Below, in pieces: positions 50,254 to 60,902 of a stretch of 64,000 nt of DNA. The translations under genes and the position numbers were made by a program. The stretch's first letter is position 1, and each line of letters begins with the position of its first letter. The notes below the pieces were generated by a model. It worked only from the letters and a program-made list of their open reading frames with translations, had not been told where the DNA came from and did no database searches. Source of the stretch: a virus (Duplodnaviria > Caudoviricetes); IMG/VR virus record IMGVR_UViG_2667527597_000005, positions 3,117 to 67,116 of that record; one strand, 5' to 3'.

Positions 50254-50973
50254 TTAATATCCTATGACTAAAAAGTCACCAGCCAATGTTTGTCCGCCAG
50301 ATGAACTTTGAAGATAAACAGTCACAACAGAATTGTTCTTTGGGTTACTAGAGACAGCACCAGTTAAGGGTACCCCCGTGGCAGCAACACATGAACAGGT
50401 CAAGAGATGTGCAGTCGGGAAAGGAACAGGTAGCGTAATATCAAAGGTAGATATTACCGCGCCAGTATTACCAATCTTACGGAACCATTGTATGATTATC
50501 CCTCCTGGGACATCAGGAATTCGAATATAATCAGCGTTTGAAAATATCCGCTTACTAAAAATACTCATTAACCCAACTAGCGAAACCAACTTATCCGCTG
50601 TTCCCACCTGCATTTCCGCATTTGATGCAATTCCCTTTTTAGCCGCGTCGCCCAAACCAAGGTTTGCGAGAGTTTCGGCGACCGCTGTGGGACCGGCATT
50701 CTTAATTTCTTTAAGATGGTTCGCAGCCTGAAGGAAATCACTATTATCAATACCATTACTGATCAGCTTTGAAATGGCAGTGGCCACTTGGTTAAACTGA
50801 GCACTATCCGCATCAATATCAGCGGCAGAAAGCACACTCATCAATTCTCGCTGAATTGTATTAAACCATTCAGCCGGTAATATCGTTGGGGGAACACCGC
50901 CGGCGACATTGCCGTCGGTAAACTCGCCGTGACTGTCGGCGCGTGTATTAGGAATATCTCCAATTTTTTGCAT
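50254..50973 (-). CDS. Tail fibre, currently expressed orientation
   Basis: FTDG..AEWFN N-terminus; IIQW..PVPFP C-terminal module. Confidence 0.88.
   Translation of the reverse strand: MQKIGDIPNTRADSHGEFTDGNVAGGVPPTILPAEWFNTIQRELMSVLSAADIDADSAQFNQVATAISKLISNGIDNSDFLQAANHLKEIKNAGPTAVAETLANLGLGDAAKKGIASNAEMQVGTADKLVSLVGLMSIFSKRIFSNADYIRIPDVPGGIIIQWFRKIGNTGAVISTFDITLPVPFPTAHLLTCSCVAATGVPLTGAVSSNPKNNSVVTVYLQSSSGGQTLAGDFLVIGY
50648..50665 (-). repeat. Invertase crossover site (right IR) within fibre gene
   Basis: TCGCCCAAACCAAGGTTT; AAACC-AA-GGTTT equals the hix core. Confidence 0.92.
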
Positions 50974-51020
50974 AGAAAATCCTCACCCGTTAAGGCGCTA
51001 AAAATGAATAAAGGGATTAG

Positions 51021-51617
51021 TTAACTAACGTAACCGAACTTCAAAATAGTATGAGATGGGTTTAGCACGGCTAAACGACATTCCAACTGTTTATTCCCCC
51101 ATGTACGCAAGGGGTCACTGCAATAGGTCAAGCCACACTGGGCATAATTAATGGTGGTTTTGGGGGCCGTAATTAGCCAGGTAAAAGGCCATTCCTCACC
51201 GTTCAAAGCATCGCGACAAACTGCCATTCTGGCGCAAGCTTGCCGGTATTGAGTGATGCTGATGGAGTAACCCAGCGCCTTTGCTACGCGAATAAAATAG
51301 GCTGCAGATTGCCCTCCGATACCAAACAATTTAGACACCACCGCGCGTTGGCGCTGGATCATGCTGTCTACTTCGCCGATAGCACACGGATCCGGTAGCC
51401 CCACGGTAGCTTCCCACTCGGGTAACATTGCCGTGGCTGTTGCCGGGAAAGCAGCAGATAACAAGTCTTGTGCATCTTCATCACTGCGCCGATAAGCATG
51501 AGCTAATGCGCGCAGGACTTCAGTTTGTACCCCCTCTGGCCGCCGTGGCCAAACCAAACCCATTGGCATTAGCGCCTGCAACGCCTCTGTATATTCACTG
51601 ACAGAATAGCGACTCAT
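51021..51617 (-). CDS. Baseplate wedge YmfQ/DUF2313
   Basis: Paralogue of 371..967. Confidence 0.87.
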   Translation of the reverse strand: MSRYSVSEYTEALQALMPMGLVWPRRPEGVQTEVLRALAHAYRRSDEDAQDLLSAAFPATATAMLPEWEATVGLPDPCAIGEVDSMIQRQRAVVSKLFGIGGQSAAYFIRVAKALGYSISITQYRQACARMAVCRDALNGEEWPFTWLITAPKTTINYAQCGLTYCSDPLRTWGNKQLECRLAVLNPSHTILKFGYVS

Positions 51618-52750
51618 AGGTAACTCACTGTACCCCGGACGGGGAGTTTTCCGGTTTGCAGCTCAATGTTGGCGGCCGGAGATTGCATAAGAAACCCTCC
51701 CGTCCCTGCGATTTCACCAATTGCCAGCAACAGAGATGACCACAGAATTTTGCCACCAGGTTCCCCTTCGGTGAAAAAGACCTCATCAATAGCCGCATTA
51801 ATGGCAGCGGTGGTGGCACTGTCAGCATACGAAATGCCACTAATAACAAAATCAATCGGTTGAGCAACCGGCGCACATACATACACCAGCGCAATAATTG
51901 GCTGTTGCGGATAAATACCGTCCGCCACCCGCCCCTGATCCCCGGTCGCTTTTACCTCCCCCCACTGTTCGAGGGATGAAATGCCGTCAGTACCCTGCGG
52001 GAAACCACCATAATCATTATCGTCACACATGATATAGATCCCGACAGTACCCGCGCCCATCAAGCGCCGTTTAACCCAGCATCGAGTCACTCCCGGCACC
52101 GTTAATGCCCAAGATTGATAATCTGCGTCATTACCGCCTTGTGGGATATTCTGGTAAGCCAATAACATACGAGAGCGGAATGCATCTTCGGATTCAATAT
52201 CCGCCCCACCAGAAATTTTGTTCAGCGCTGTGGCCGTGGCCTGAACACCATCAATCGCAATATCCAGCGTCAGTTCCGTCCCGGCATCACTGTTACCGCG
52301 CCGCCCCCCACCAGTTGCGTCGTCTAACGAGCTGGGTAAAATCGCGATAATTTCACCCAGCGCATTGCCATCCGCAGCGATTTTAACTTCATTTTCAAGC
52401 TGATACTGATAGCCATCAGCCCGATTAAGCCGCCGCCCGGCAGGAATAATCCGCCCAGCAATGCCACTGAAACTGACATCAGTACTGCTGGCCGGAGTAG
52501 CCCCTTTACGGAACACATCCTTCAAAGCAGCCCAGGCAGCCAGGTATTCGTCAGTGGCGTTATAAGGCGTGGCCTGACGGGCAATATAATCCAAATAGCC
52601 ATAATGCAGATGCGCCATTCCAGCATCGGCGTCGCTAATCACACCGATATTAGAAAAGCGCAATAAATTGCCGCCTGTTTTCAGTTCCGATTGAATATAG
52701 GACTGATTTCGTTGTCGTAATTCGTTTAAAGTGGGTCGATTAAATGGCAT
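51614..52750 (-). CDS. Baseplate J-like
   Basis: Paralogue of 964..2100. Confidence 0.9.
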   Translation of the reverse strand: MPFNRPTLNELRQRNQSYIQSELKTGGNLLRFSNIGVISDADAGMAHLHYGYLDYIARQATPYNATDEYLAAWAALKDVFRKGATPASSTDVSFSGIAGRIIPAGRRLNRADGYQYQLENEVKIAADGNALGEIIAILPSSLDDATGGGRRGNSDAGTELTLDIAIDGVQATATALNKISGGADIESEDAFRSRMLLAYQNIPQGGNDADYQSWALTVPGVTRCWVKRRLMGAGTVGIYIMCDDNDYGGFPQGTDGISSLEQWGEVKATGDQGRVADGIYPQQPIIALVYVCAPVAQPIDFVISGISYADSATTAAINAAIDEVFFTEGEPGGKILWSSLLLAIGEIAGTGGFLMQSPAANIELQTGKLPVRGTVSYL

Positions 52751-52753
52751 GAA

Positions 52754-53206
52754 TTACTCCTCCCATACCCATGAGAATTTTATTGATGACGGATGAACCG
52801 ATGATGGGGTTTTACCCGGTTGTTGATAATCAATCTGCAACAGCAATTTGTTGGGGAAAATAATTTGAGCACGCGTGTTGATGGCCGCGACAACACCATC
52901 CTCGATCAGCCAGGCCAATGCTTCTGCGGCGTAATCTTCCGCTTTGATAGCTATCTGGGAGGTCAATTTTTGCCGCCGCAGTAGCCAAAGTCGTGAGCCA
53001 ATAGCCGATGGCGCGCCACTGTCACCCCACCAGCCCCGACGATCCTCACCATCAATGTCATCATCAACTCGTGCTAATCGGTCAGTGAATAAACTCAGTA
53101 AAATAGCGGTATGCAGGTCGTCGCCATCCAGCAAGCCACCATTACCCGCTTGCCAGTCGCCCAAAGAAGCATCGACATCCCAAATGGTTTTAATATCTGT
53201 TGTCAT
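52754..53206 (-). CDS. Mu gp46-like baseplate protein
   Basis: Paralogue of 2104..2541. Confidence 0.88.
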   Translation of the reverse strand: MTTDIKTIWDVDASLGDWQAGNGGLLDGDDLHTAILLSLFTDRLARVDDDIDGEDRRGWWGDSGAPSAIGSRLWLLRRQKLTSQIAIKAEDYAAEALAWLIEDGVVAAINTRAQIIFPNKLLLQIDYQQPGKTPSSVHPSSIKFSWVWEE

Positions 53207-53799
53207 CGCACCACCTTAGCGGGTGTTTCACTGGTGAGAGTGGCACTGCCCGACTGCACGTTTTTGAGCTGATGATTGTGGTTGTTGTAAGTGTCGCGCA
53301 AGGTTTTTAGCGTAGTCGAATTGCTTTCAGCGTTATCGACGATATCGCCACTGACCTCGAGTAGCGGGGTGTTTAGCCGTACTTTTACCGATGCATTTAC
53401 CGTCACTTCCGTAGCATTGTTGACGGTCACCGGCTGATTATGGGCTTCAATCGTTACGCCACTTTTCGTCAATTTAATAAACTGCCCCCATTGAGAATAA
53501 ATGACAGTTTCCCCGGCATTTAGCCCCATGTGGCGGTAAGAGGCGTGGTTAGAGGCAACAATCATGCCGCTGGAACGATCACCGCCGAGGAAGCCAATCA
53601 CCACATCACTTCCTGCGGGTAATCCCGACGAAAAACCAAACTCCGCTAATCGAGGTGTATCGCTATGAACCTCCAGCGCGGTCTGATATTGCACCGTTTG
53701 CACCCCATCACTGTCATCAAAAGCGGTTACCCGGCCAATGCCCAACAACATTTTTATCTGTCGGTACAGGGTCGAGAGTTGTCCACTGACATCATTCAT
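53203..53799 (-). CDS. Baseplate spike
   Basis: Paralogue of 2538..3134. Confidence 0.88.
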   Translation of the reverse strand: MNDVSGQLSTLYRQIKMLLGIGRVTAFDDSDGVQTVQYQTALEVHSDTPRLAEFGFSSGLPAGSDVVIGFLGGDRSSGMIVASNHASYRHMGLNAGETVIYSQWGQFIKLTKSGVTIEAHNQPVTVNNATEVTVNASVKVRLNTPLLEVSGDIVDNAESNSTTLKTLRDTYNNHNHQLKNVQSGSATLTSETPAKVVR

Positions 53800-53814
53800 G
53801 GTTAATCCCCTGTT

Positions 53815-54885
53815 TCATTTGATTTTATAAGGCTGGACAGCAAAGGCTTCCGGTGGCATCAACGTCATGTTTGCTACCGTCCCATTGGCGTCTTTTATAT
53901 AAGTCACCGCAGATAACAACCACAGCTTATCCGTTAACCCCATAGCTGGAATAGTAATAGGGATCAGTGAGTTGGTTTCCCATAACTGATTATTCCTGTC
54001 ACGCCAGTTATCGACTTGTACATTGAGGACTTTGGATCGACCGTTATTACGGTTAATGTTCCAATCGAGACTGTTCCTCACCAAATTCTCGGAATTCATC
54101 GTACTTTCGACGATGATAATTTTATTGCGATGGCGATTCGGGAACTGCTGCGCTAACTCGGCATCCTGAGTTCTGACCAAAATCGAGGCATTGTTCCCTC
54201 CCGAAGCCGAACGGCGGGCAACGCTATTGCTGGAAAGCGAGACGCCGGTGTAATCCACAAAGCGCTGATGGGTGTCGGTATGCAAGTTGGCACTGAGGAT
54301 ATTGATACCCTGCGCCACGCCGCTGGCGGCTTTACGTTGCCCGACACGGGTGAGATATAAATTGCCATCCGGCTGGTCGTAATAGAGCAATGCCGCCCAG
54401 CGAGTGATATGTTCAATCACCGCTTGCGCCGTTTCCCCCCAATTAAGGGTGAATTTAGGGACTACTGCCATATCAGGAATATCTGAGGTGACCTTGATGC
54501 CGTAAGGTGCTGCCAGTTTTTGCGCAATCTGCAATACCGTCGATTGGCTGATAACACTGTTCGGCCATTCAGCGGAGCAATCAACCAAATCTTGGCATTT
54601 ACCTCGTCCTGTAGCGGTAACCTCATGGGTGGTGCCGGAAATTTTGTTATCCCAACTGTCGATATAACCAGTGAGAACAGCGTCATTTCCCAACTTAACC
54701 ACACACGAATCACCGGGATTGACCCACTGTTGCCCTCCGCTGGCGGGATAGCGGTCCATCAATGACAGTTCAAAGCTGCTGGGTAATTTTTCAATGCTCC
54801 GGGTCACCTGAACTTTGCTCCAGCCGGTTATCGCCCTGCCTCCCACTTCCAGCGTTAAGTCATCACTTAGGCGTTCATCATTCAT
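53815..54885 (-). CDS. Baseplate hub
   Basis: Paralogue of 3131..4201. Confidence 0.88.
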   Translation of the reverse strand: MNDERLSDDLTLEVGGRAITGWSKVQVTRSIEKLPSSFELSLMDRYPASGGQQWVNPGDSCVVKLGNDAVLTGYIDSWDNKISGTTHEVTATGRGKCQDLVDCSAEWPNSVISQSTVLQIAQKLAAPYGIKVTSDIPDMAVVPKFTLNWGETAQAVIEHITRWAALLYYDQPDGNLYLTRVGQRKAASGVAQGINILSANLHTDTHQRFVDYTGVSLSSNSVARRSASGGNNASILVRTQDAELAQQFPNRHRNKIIIVESTMNSENLVRNSLDWNINRNNGRSKVLNVQVDNWRDRNNQLWETNSLIPITIPAMGLTDKLWLLSAVTYIKDANGTVANMTLMPPEAFAVQPYKIK

Positions 54886-56282
54886 AAGTTCAATGCCTTA
54901 AATCGGGTAGGCATAAATGCCGGATGAATTGGATTGGCCATTTTCACCAGTCCATCCCCCCGTGATGCATCCTGATATAGCCGGTTTGCCAGCATCAGGG
55001 CGGGCAGAGATCGGTTAAAACTGACCTCGCCCACCCGCGACAAATTCGCACCAGCTTGCTGCAAGAGCAGGACGATAGATTCCCGCATCAACATCAATTC
55101 GCTGTATGTCTCATCATTTCCCCGGTTAGCGGCGACCAGTGCCGTGGCGTCAATAACGTCACAGACTCGCCCGAGCACGGTGACCGCATCGTCATAGTTT
55201 TCTGGTTGATATTGTGCCGCTGCGCAGACCATCCCACCGGCGCACAAGGTCATCATTAAATGATGGCTGGCAGCAGCAACTGCCCGATCACTCTCATGAC
55301 TTCGGAATGTATCATCTTGAGTTACCGACAGATTTTCCATCATGCGGATAATATCTGGTGTGCTGATACCGCTGTTCTGCACAGTATTAACCACCGCTAA
55401 CATTTTCTCGCCATGACTATCTATGCTGTTAGCATCAAGGAATTCATTCACCGCAGTGTTTACCGCCGCCTGCCCTTCGACGGTAAATGCCAGCCGTTGC
55501 GCCACCAGCAATGAAAGGTTCGTGGTGTCTTGTTGCTGATTGACCGCCGCCGTCGCTCCCGAACTGCTCCCGCCCACGGTGCCGTGGTTGTAGCGACCAT
55601 AGCGGTTACGGCCAAAAGTGGAGCGCAGCGCATTTCCCAGGTTACTGGCTTCATTGGTAGTGTTTGTGACCATTCGCCCCCAAAATGCAGCCGTGTTTTT
55701 CAGTGTTTTTATCGCCTGTGTCGCCGAGCGCATTTCCCCTTTCACTGTGGAGATAAAACCGGCAACAGCTTTGGCACTCAGTCTCAGCCAGGATGATTGC
55801 ACTGATACGCCCATTTCAGCGGCACCGGTAATGGCAAAGGCGCGCAAGCCAGATTCGACCACCGTTAAGGTGAATGAGAATATCCGCCCCCCCGCAGTAT
55901 CTTCATCGATTTTCAATTCACTGATACTGACCGTCATTTCACCCAGTGTTGGGTGAACCAAGGTTCCAGCCCCTGGCATTTCGCAAGCAGCTATCAATGA
56001 ATCACGCTGTGTCATTACATCTGGTGCGGTGTAAATCTGGCTGTTTTGCACCAAAAAACCTGTCAAGACGATACTGCGCGCACTGCGCCCCAAATCTTCG
56101 ATATAGCTGGTGTCACGATAGGGGTAGCTGTGCACCACTTGGCGGCGACCAAAAGTACCGATGCTTTTATTAATGACAAACGGAACACCACGAAATGAGG
56201 CCTGATGCAAATGTTCCGACCATTGCCAGCTGTCGTCACCGCCGGCTAATAGCGCAGATAAGGTATTACCGATAAATGACAT
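54882..56282 (-). CDS. DNA circularization domain protein
   Basis: Paralogue of 4198..5604. Confidence 0.88.
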   Translation of the reverse strand: MSFIGNTLSALLAGGDDSWQWSEHLHQASFRGVPFVINKSIGTFGRRQVVHSYPYRDTSYIEDLGRSARSIVLTGFLVQNSQIYTAPDVMTQRDSLIAACEMPGAGTLVHPTLGEMTVSISELKIDEDTAGGRIFSFTLTVVESGLRAFAITGAAEMGVSVQSSWLRLSAKAVAGFISTVKGEMRSATQAIKTLKNTAAFWGRMVTNTTNEASNLGNALRSTFGRNRYGRYNHGTVGGSSSGATAAVNQQQDTTNLSLLVAQRLAFTVEGQAAVNTAVNEFLDANSIDSHGEKMLAVVNTVQNSGISTPDIIRMMENLSVTQDDTFRSHESDRAVAAASHHLMMTLCAGGMVCAAAQYQPENYDDAVTVLGRVCDVIDATALVAANRGNDETYSELMLMRESIVLLLQQAGANLSRVGEVSFNRSLPALMLANRLYQDASRGDGLVKMANPIHPAFMPTRFKALNL

Positions 56283-56318
56283 TTCTTTCTCCTGTTCAGA
56301 ACTCTGACGATAGAAAGC

Positions 56319-56341
56319 AAAAAACCCGCCAAAGCGGGTTA
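56319..56341 (-). terminator. Intrinsic terminator
   Basis: AAAAAACCCGCCAAAGCGGGTT. Confidence 0.65.
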
Positions 56342-56369
56342 ATACAAAGAGTGGGTATAGCTGACTAAA

Positions 56370-57725
56370 TTACATCGGCATCGCCATGGCGTAGGTAATT
56401 CTGCCACCGCCCTGCCCCAGTACTACTGAAGTCTCTCCTGTTCGCCCATCGATTAATGTCAGTTCTATCTGCACGCGGTTATTCTGCATGGCGGTAGCAA
56501 TGACATCGGCAATAGCCGTGAAATTAAAATCACTCATTTGTTCAGCATAAATTGGTGATATCGAGGCAGGAGGAGCGACGATATTGCTATCTGGATAAAT
56601 AGAATGTGAAGGTAAAAGAGAATATGGGTTTTCGCCATCTGATTCAGCTAGTCTATTATTGCTCCAGGTATCACTAACATCCTTATCAAATATATTTTCA
56701 TCTGAATGAGGTTCACCCCCCAAATTAAAACTATTAATTAAAGGATTAGATTCTGTTTGAGATGATTTATGTACGAGGAAAGATCCAATATCTTTATAAC
56801 TGTTCTGAACCGCACTTTTGGCATGATAATAATCTTGGAATTTCTTGCGAAATCCATCAGTCATGAAACCGCTATTAAGCATAATGCTTTCATACCAATT
56901 AAGTTGCCGTTTGAAATCATCATTATTATATGCCCAGCGCATTTTCTCCGACTCATCACCACTGATTACGCCCATCGTGCGCATAATTGAAAAATTATCT
57001 GGGCCGCGCGTGAGTAAATCAGTTATGCCACCAATACCATCAGCTATTGAGCCATCAGAGACCGCTATTTTATAGTCAAAGTTAGAGACTTTTCCTTTCA
57101 GGCCATCCCAAGCCACACCTAACTCTGTCGTCTGACTATTCAATTCACTCAGGCGTGCATTGAGTTCGGGATCGATAGTCAAACCAAAATCAGACGCTTT
57201 AGTCAGTAAATCATTTAACCGCACTCCTTCTCTCAATAGTTCAATGGAGTTACTGTCTAAGCCAAGGGTCTCAATCAGTTTACTTTGTGCTTTCGGAGCC
57301 ATTTGCGGAAAATCCCTGGCAATATTCATCATTGTTGCAGGGACGTCTGCGGTACCATTTTCATTGCTAATAATGTCAAAACCATACTCTTCTAACTGCG
57401 CCATTCCCTGAACATTTTGTCCCCATAGCATGTTATTCAAATTACTATAGAGTTGCTCCGTTGATTTAATTGCAGCTATTTTCTCAGCACCGCGAATACG
57501 CAGAGCGCCGCTAATCTGACTAAATTGATCAATGGGTGCACTAACATTTTGTGCAGCCTTATTTATGTATTGCGCTTCATTTGATCCTTCATCAAGCCAC
57601 TCCACTCCCGCAATTCCGGCATTAACAACCATATTTGGGCTACCAACCAATTTATAACCAGAATATATTTGAGGCGGTATTTTTGATAATGAAGGAACCC
57701 CACTAGCATTGTATTTATTAGCCAT
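56370..57725 (-). CDS. Tape measure protein, shortened, no SLT domain
   Basis: Shares FSxISGA, FGLTxDP, AWDGLK, SDGS, MTDG blocks with 6259..8046. Confidence 0.8.
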   Translation of the reverse strand: MANKYNASGVPSLSKIPPQIYSGYKLVGSPNMVVNAGIAGVEWLDEGSNEAQYINKAAQNVSAPIDQFSQISGALRIRGAEKIAAIKSTEQLYSNLNNMLWGQNVQGMAQLEEYGFDIISNENGTADVPATMMNIARDFPQMAPKAQSKLIETLGLDSNSIELLREGVRLNDLLTKASDFGLTIDPELNARLSELNSQTTELGVAWDGLKGKVSNFDYKIAVSDGSIADGIGGITDLLTRGPDNFSIMRTMGVISGDESEKMRWAYNNDDFKRQLNWYESIMLNSGFMTDGFRKKFQDYYHAKSAVQNSYKDIGSFLVHKSSQTESNPLINSFNLGGEPHSDENIFDKDVSDTWSNNRLAESDGENPYSLLPSHSIYPDSNIVAPPASISPIYAEQMSDFNFTAIADVIATAMQNNRVQIELTLIDGRTGETSVVLGQGGGRITYAMAMPM

Positions 57726-57845
57726 TTTTGCCAGCCTTAATATTATTAATCCGCTCGGCCTGCTGGCACCACCATATTAAATTACTGTAGGTCAGGGACC
57801 AGGCATCGCCCGGCCCCCAGCTATAGTAGTAAGTGACGTCAGCGA

Positions 57846-58145
57846 TTATTTCGCGCCATCGTCCCCCGTTGGGGAGTAGGCTAAAAAACCCATCATGTAA
57901 ACCTCGCAAACTTTGTAGTCGGTGAAAGCCATTTTTTTAATCGCCTCACGCGGTACCCCAGATACCAATGCAATCAGTAATCCCATACCGCTAAGCGAGC
58001 CTGCCTTGGTTTGCTCATCGTAGAATTGCTGTACTTGCAACAGTGTCGGCTCGCTCAGTTCAACGACCTCATAGGTGGTCTTGGTAGCCTCATGCGAAAT
58101 GGGTTTAACCAGTGAAATGGTTTTACTGCGTTCCAGTTGTGACAT
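57846..58145 (-). CDS. Tail assembly chaperone (with -1 extension to 57718)
   Basis: Paralogue of 8164..8466; T TTT TTA at 57882-57888. Confidence 0.85.
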   Translation of the reverse strand: MSQLERSKTISLVKPISHEATKTTYEVVELSEPTLLQVQQFYDEQTKAGSLSGMGLLIALVSGVPREAIKKMAFTDYKVCEVYMMGFLAYSPTGDDGAK

Positions 58146-58146
58146 A

Positions 58147-58515
58147 TCAGTTCTCCGTCACCGAGCCGCCTTCCCAACTGACATCCACCGTACCTTCAGT
58201 GCTGTCTACCAGCAAGGTGCTGACCGACCACATACCACTGCCGATAATAGTTTTGCCATTTGCCAATTCGCACACAATATTGACATTGGTTTGATCATTG
58301 AAGTCACTGATAGAAACGCCGCCACTGTCCCGGATGGTGCAAGAGATTGACGGCGCGACCACGGTTTCTTTATAACCGTGTATTCCGTCCATTCCCATCA
58401 CCGTTTCGCGCTTGACCTTTGACGGACTGTATTTGAACTGACCCGCCACCATAACGGTAATGCCATCGACCGTGACATAGGCTGTACCCGCCAGGCGATT
58501 TGAAGTATTGCTCAT
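58147..58515 (-). CDS. Tail tube
   Basis: Paralogue of 8468..8842. Confidence 0.9.
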   Translation of the reverse strand: MSNTSNRLAGTAYVTVDGITVMVAGQFKYSPSKVKRETVMGMDGIHGYKETVVAPSISCTIRDSGGVSISDFNDQTNVNIVCELANGKTIIGSGMWSVSTLLVDSTEGTVDVSWEGGSVTEN

Positions 58516-58582
58516 AATTTATTTCCTTTTTTATGCTGAAAGAGCCGACTGTTAAGGAACCGACTACTTGATGATCGAAAAG

Positions 58583-60091
58583 TTAAGCCGTTGCTTGCAG
58601 GCGGAATTGATTGAGTACTGCGAAAATACGCAGCTGATTAATCAGCACACCAGTCCACAACACATCGACCCGATTTGGGTTGCTGGCACTTTTCTCGACA
58701 ATCAAGCCACGGGCAAAACCTTTGGCATCCTGAACGTAGCCGTTAAATTCTAGTGTCTGATACTGGGCAATCAGCTCGGCACGAATAACGTTAGGAGTGA
58801 TAATCGCCGAACCCGCTGCGAAACGGGTGCCATCAGCAGCCAACTTCATACGTGCAAATTTAGATGTCACTTGTGTGCGCAAGTAACGGGTGACAAACAT
58901 CAGCAAGAACAGCGTTTCAATTTGTAGATAGCTATCATCCTCAGCGCCGTATTTGTTGGTCTGATAGGTAGTAATGATGTTTTCCACTTGCACTGTACCG
59001 TCATCCGCCACTGTCACCGTGGAAATGCCGCTATGCAGCAGGTTATTGCGCTCCGTCAAAGTAAAACGGCTGGACAATGGCGGGGCCAAAACACCGTTAA
59101 CCGCCAGTGTTTGCAGCGGACGGCCAGGATCATTACGCAAACTCTGCGCAATAGCACCGACATAAGCTGCGGACCAAATATGCGCAGGAGTCGGAGAATG
59201 GTGAATCCCCAACAGTGAGGCGTGTTGGTCATTACGCAACTCACCCGCCGCAGTCAGTTGTCCATAAGTGCCAGACTGAGCAGCAAAACTGTGGCCGTAC
59301 AATTGCTGACTGTAGCTCCAACGCCCAGTGCTATCAGAAAGGAAGGCCTTGAGTGCATCCAGAGACACCGTATCGGTATACGGATTGATGATGAAATCAA
59401 AGGTGCGATCCTGCAAATTCGCCAAGCCGCCGGCCAAGTCGGGTGCCCCTGTACCGCCCGCCATTGGAGTTAGCGTTAGCACCAGGCTATCAGGTGTTGA
59501 TTCGCCGCCAGCGCTGCCGAGATAGTTCAGGCGCAGGTCGATATCATTGCCATGAGCGCCTTTATTTTTCGCGGCTAATACCACTACCGCACCTTCAGAT
59601 ACCATTTCACCGGTATGCACAACGCTCACCGGCAAGTCAGGTTTGCTCTCAATGGCAGCCGCCAGCGCGGCGGCAATGGTGTTGACATCATCAGTTGCAA
59701 CTACCGTGGTTTGTACCCGAATGCCGCCGATATACAGTGAAATAACTCCAGTGGCCGCGGCTGGCGTAGTCACCGTAATTTTACCGATGGCGGCCGTCAT
59801 GCTATCTGCATCATTCAGTGGTAAAAGATACACTTCACCCGCTGTATCATTAGCCAGATAAGCGGCTATTTGCCCATGCAACATTGAACCGGCACCCGCC
59901 AAAGCAGCAGTTGTGGCGGTTGATGAAACCAGTAGCGGCACATTGGCTGGCAACGTACTTTCCGGCAATGTTTGCCCGATAATCAGCGTGCGCTGGGTGG
60001 TACTCGCCGTGTTGGCTTGGGAATTATCAAACTCCGCAAAGAATAATGGCGTGCGCAGGTTACTCGGAATATTAGTGAAAGGAATGGTCAT
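58583..60091 (-). CDS. Tail sheath
   Basis: Paralogue of 8855..10345. Confidence 0.93.
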   Translation of the reverse strand: MTIPFTNIPSNLRTPLFFAEFDNSQANTASTTQRTLIIGQTLPESTLPANVPLLVSSTATTAALAGAGSMLHGQIAAYLANDTAGEVYLLPLNDADSMTAAIGKITVTTPAAATGVISLYIGGIRVQTTVVATDDVNTIAAALAAAIESKPDLPVSVVHTGEMVSEGAVVVLAAKNKGAHGNDIDLRLNYLGSAGGESTPDSLVLTLTPMAGGTGAPDLAGGLANLQDRTFDFIINPYTDTVSLDALKAFLSDSTGRWSYSQQLYGHSFAAQSGTYGQLTAAGELRNDQHASLLGIHHSPTPAHIWSAAYVGAIAQSLRNDPGRPLQTLAVNGVLAPPLSSRFTLTERNNLLHSGISTVTVADDGTVQVENIITTYQTNKYGAEDDSYLQIETLFLLMFVTRYLRTQVTSKFARMKLAADGTRFAAGSAIITPNVIRAELIAQYQTLEFNGYVQDAKGFARGLIVEKSASNPNRVDVLWTGVLINQLRIFAVLNQFRLQATA

Positions 60092-60282
60092 AGTTTTGTA
60101 CTCTCCGTTGTTAACACTTCAAATGCAGATACCACTGATTTAACAGAGGCTTGCACCACATCACCGTCTTGAATGCGACGGTGCCAAAATGCGTTATCAG
60201 GGACCTCTGAGCCAGATTCAGGCAATAAGGTGCCCTTGACCGGGTCGCGCACTGCGCGGCCAGCCGTGGGTTTTACGAACAT
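60088..60282 (-). CDS. DUF2635-type protein
   Basis: Paralogue of 10345..10536. Confidence 0.85.
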   Translation of the reverse strand: MFVKPTAGRAVRDPVKGTLLPESGSEVPDNAFWHRRIQDGDVVQASVKSVVSAFEVLTTESTKL

Positions 60283-60286
60283 AGGG

Positions 60287-60817
60287 TTACTCCGGGAAGG
60301 TAATGGCTATCAAGGGTTCAGTCGTGCCATCAGGCATATGCATCGTGACATCGATGCCCTCCAGTTGGGGCGTTTCCAGTGGAAAGAAATCCTCTGGCCC
60401 CTGGTAATACTCAAGGTCTAACTCCACTTTTACTTGAGCAAAATGCTGTTCGCTGCTGGTGTCGATACCCATAGTGGTTCGTACCTTGGCAAACTGCTGT
60501 ATCTGGCGGGTCAACTCATAGCTGTTAATCACCGCCCGTTGAATTTGCTCACACAAACGTTCAAGCGCCGATGCCGCTTCGGTGACCCTATTTTCTGCCT
60601 CGCTCAGTTGGATATGCCCGCTAATTTGCAATGTCGTCATCGTCTTGAACTGTGGTGCATTGCGGCCGATCGACTCTTTCACTTCCATTGGCGTTTGTAA
60701 CAAAATCGCTGGATATAGCGTTACTGGCCATACATCCGTTGAATAGACACGGCCTTCCGCATCTGTTTTGCCCATTAACGCGACGGCCGCCAGTTGCCTG
60801 ATTTGAGCTGCATTCAT
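60287..60817 (-). CDS. Tail completion protein (start MNAAQI)
   Basis: Paralogue of 10542..11087. Confidence 0.75.
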   Translation of the reverse strand: MNAAQIRQLAAVALMGKTDAEGRVYSTDVWPVTLYPAILLQTPMEVKESIGRNAPQFKTMTTLQISGHIQLSEAENRVTEAASALERLCEQIQRAVINSYELTRQIQQFAKVRTTMGIDTSSEQHFAQVKVELDLEYYQGPEDFFPLETPQLEGIDVTMHMPDGTTEPLIAITFPE

Positions 60818-60902
60818 GATTTCACCCGATAAGAAATGAGAATTCCGGCATGAAAATTCGCTGGATATTCTTCTGAAAAATAATTGCCCCATAGAGAGAT
60901 AA

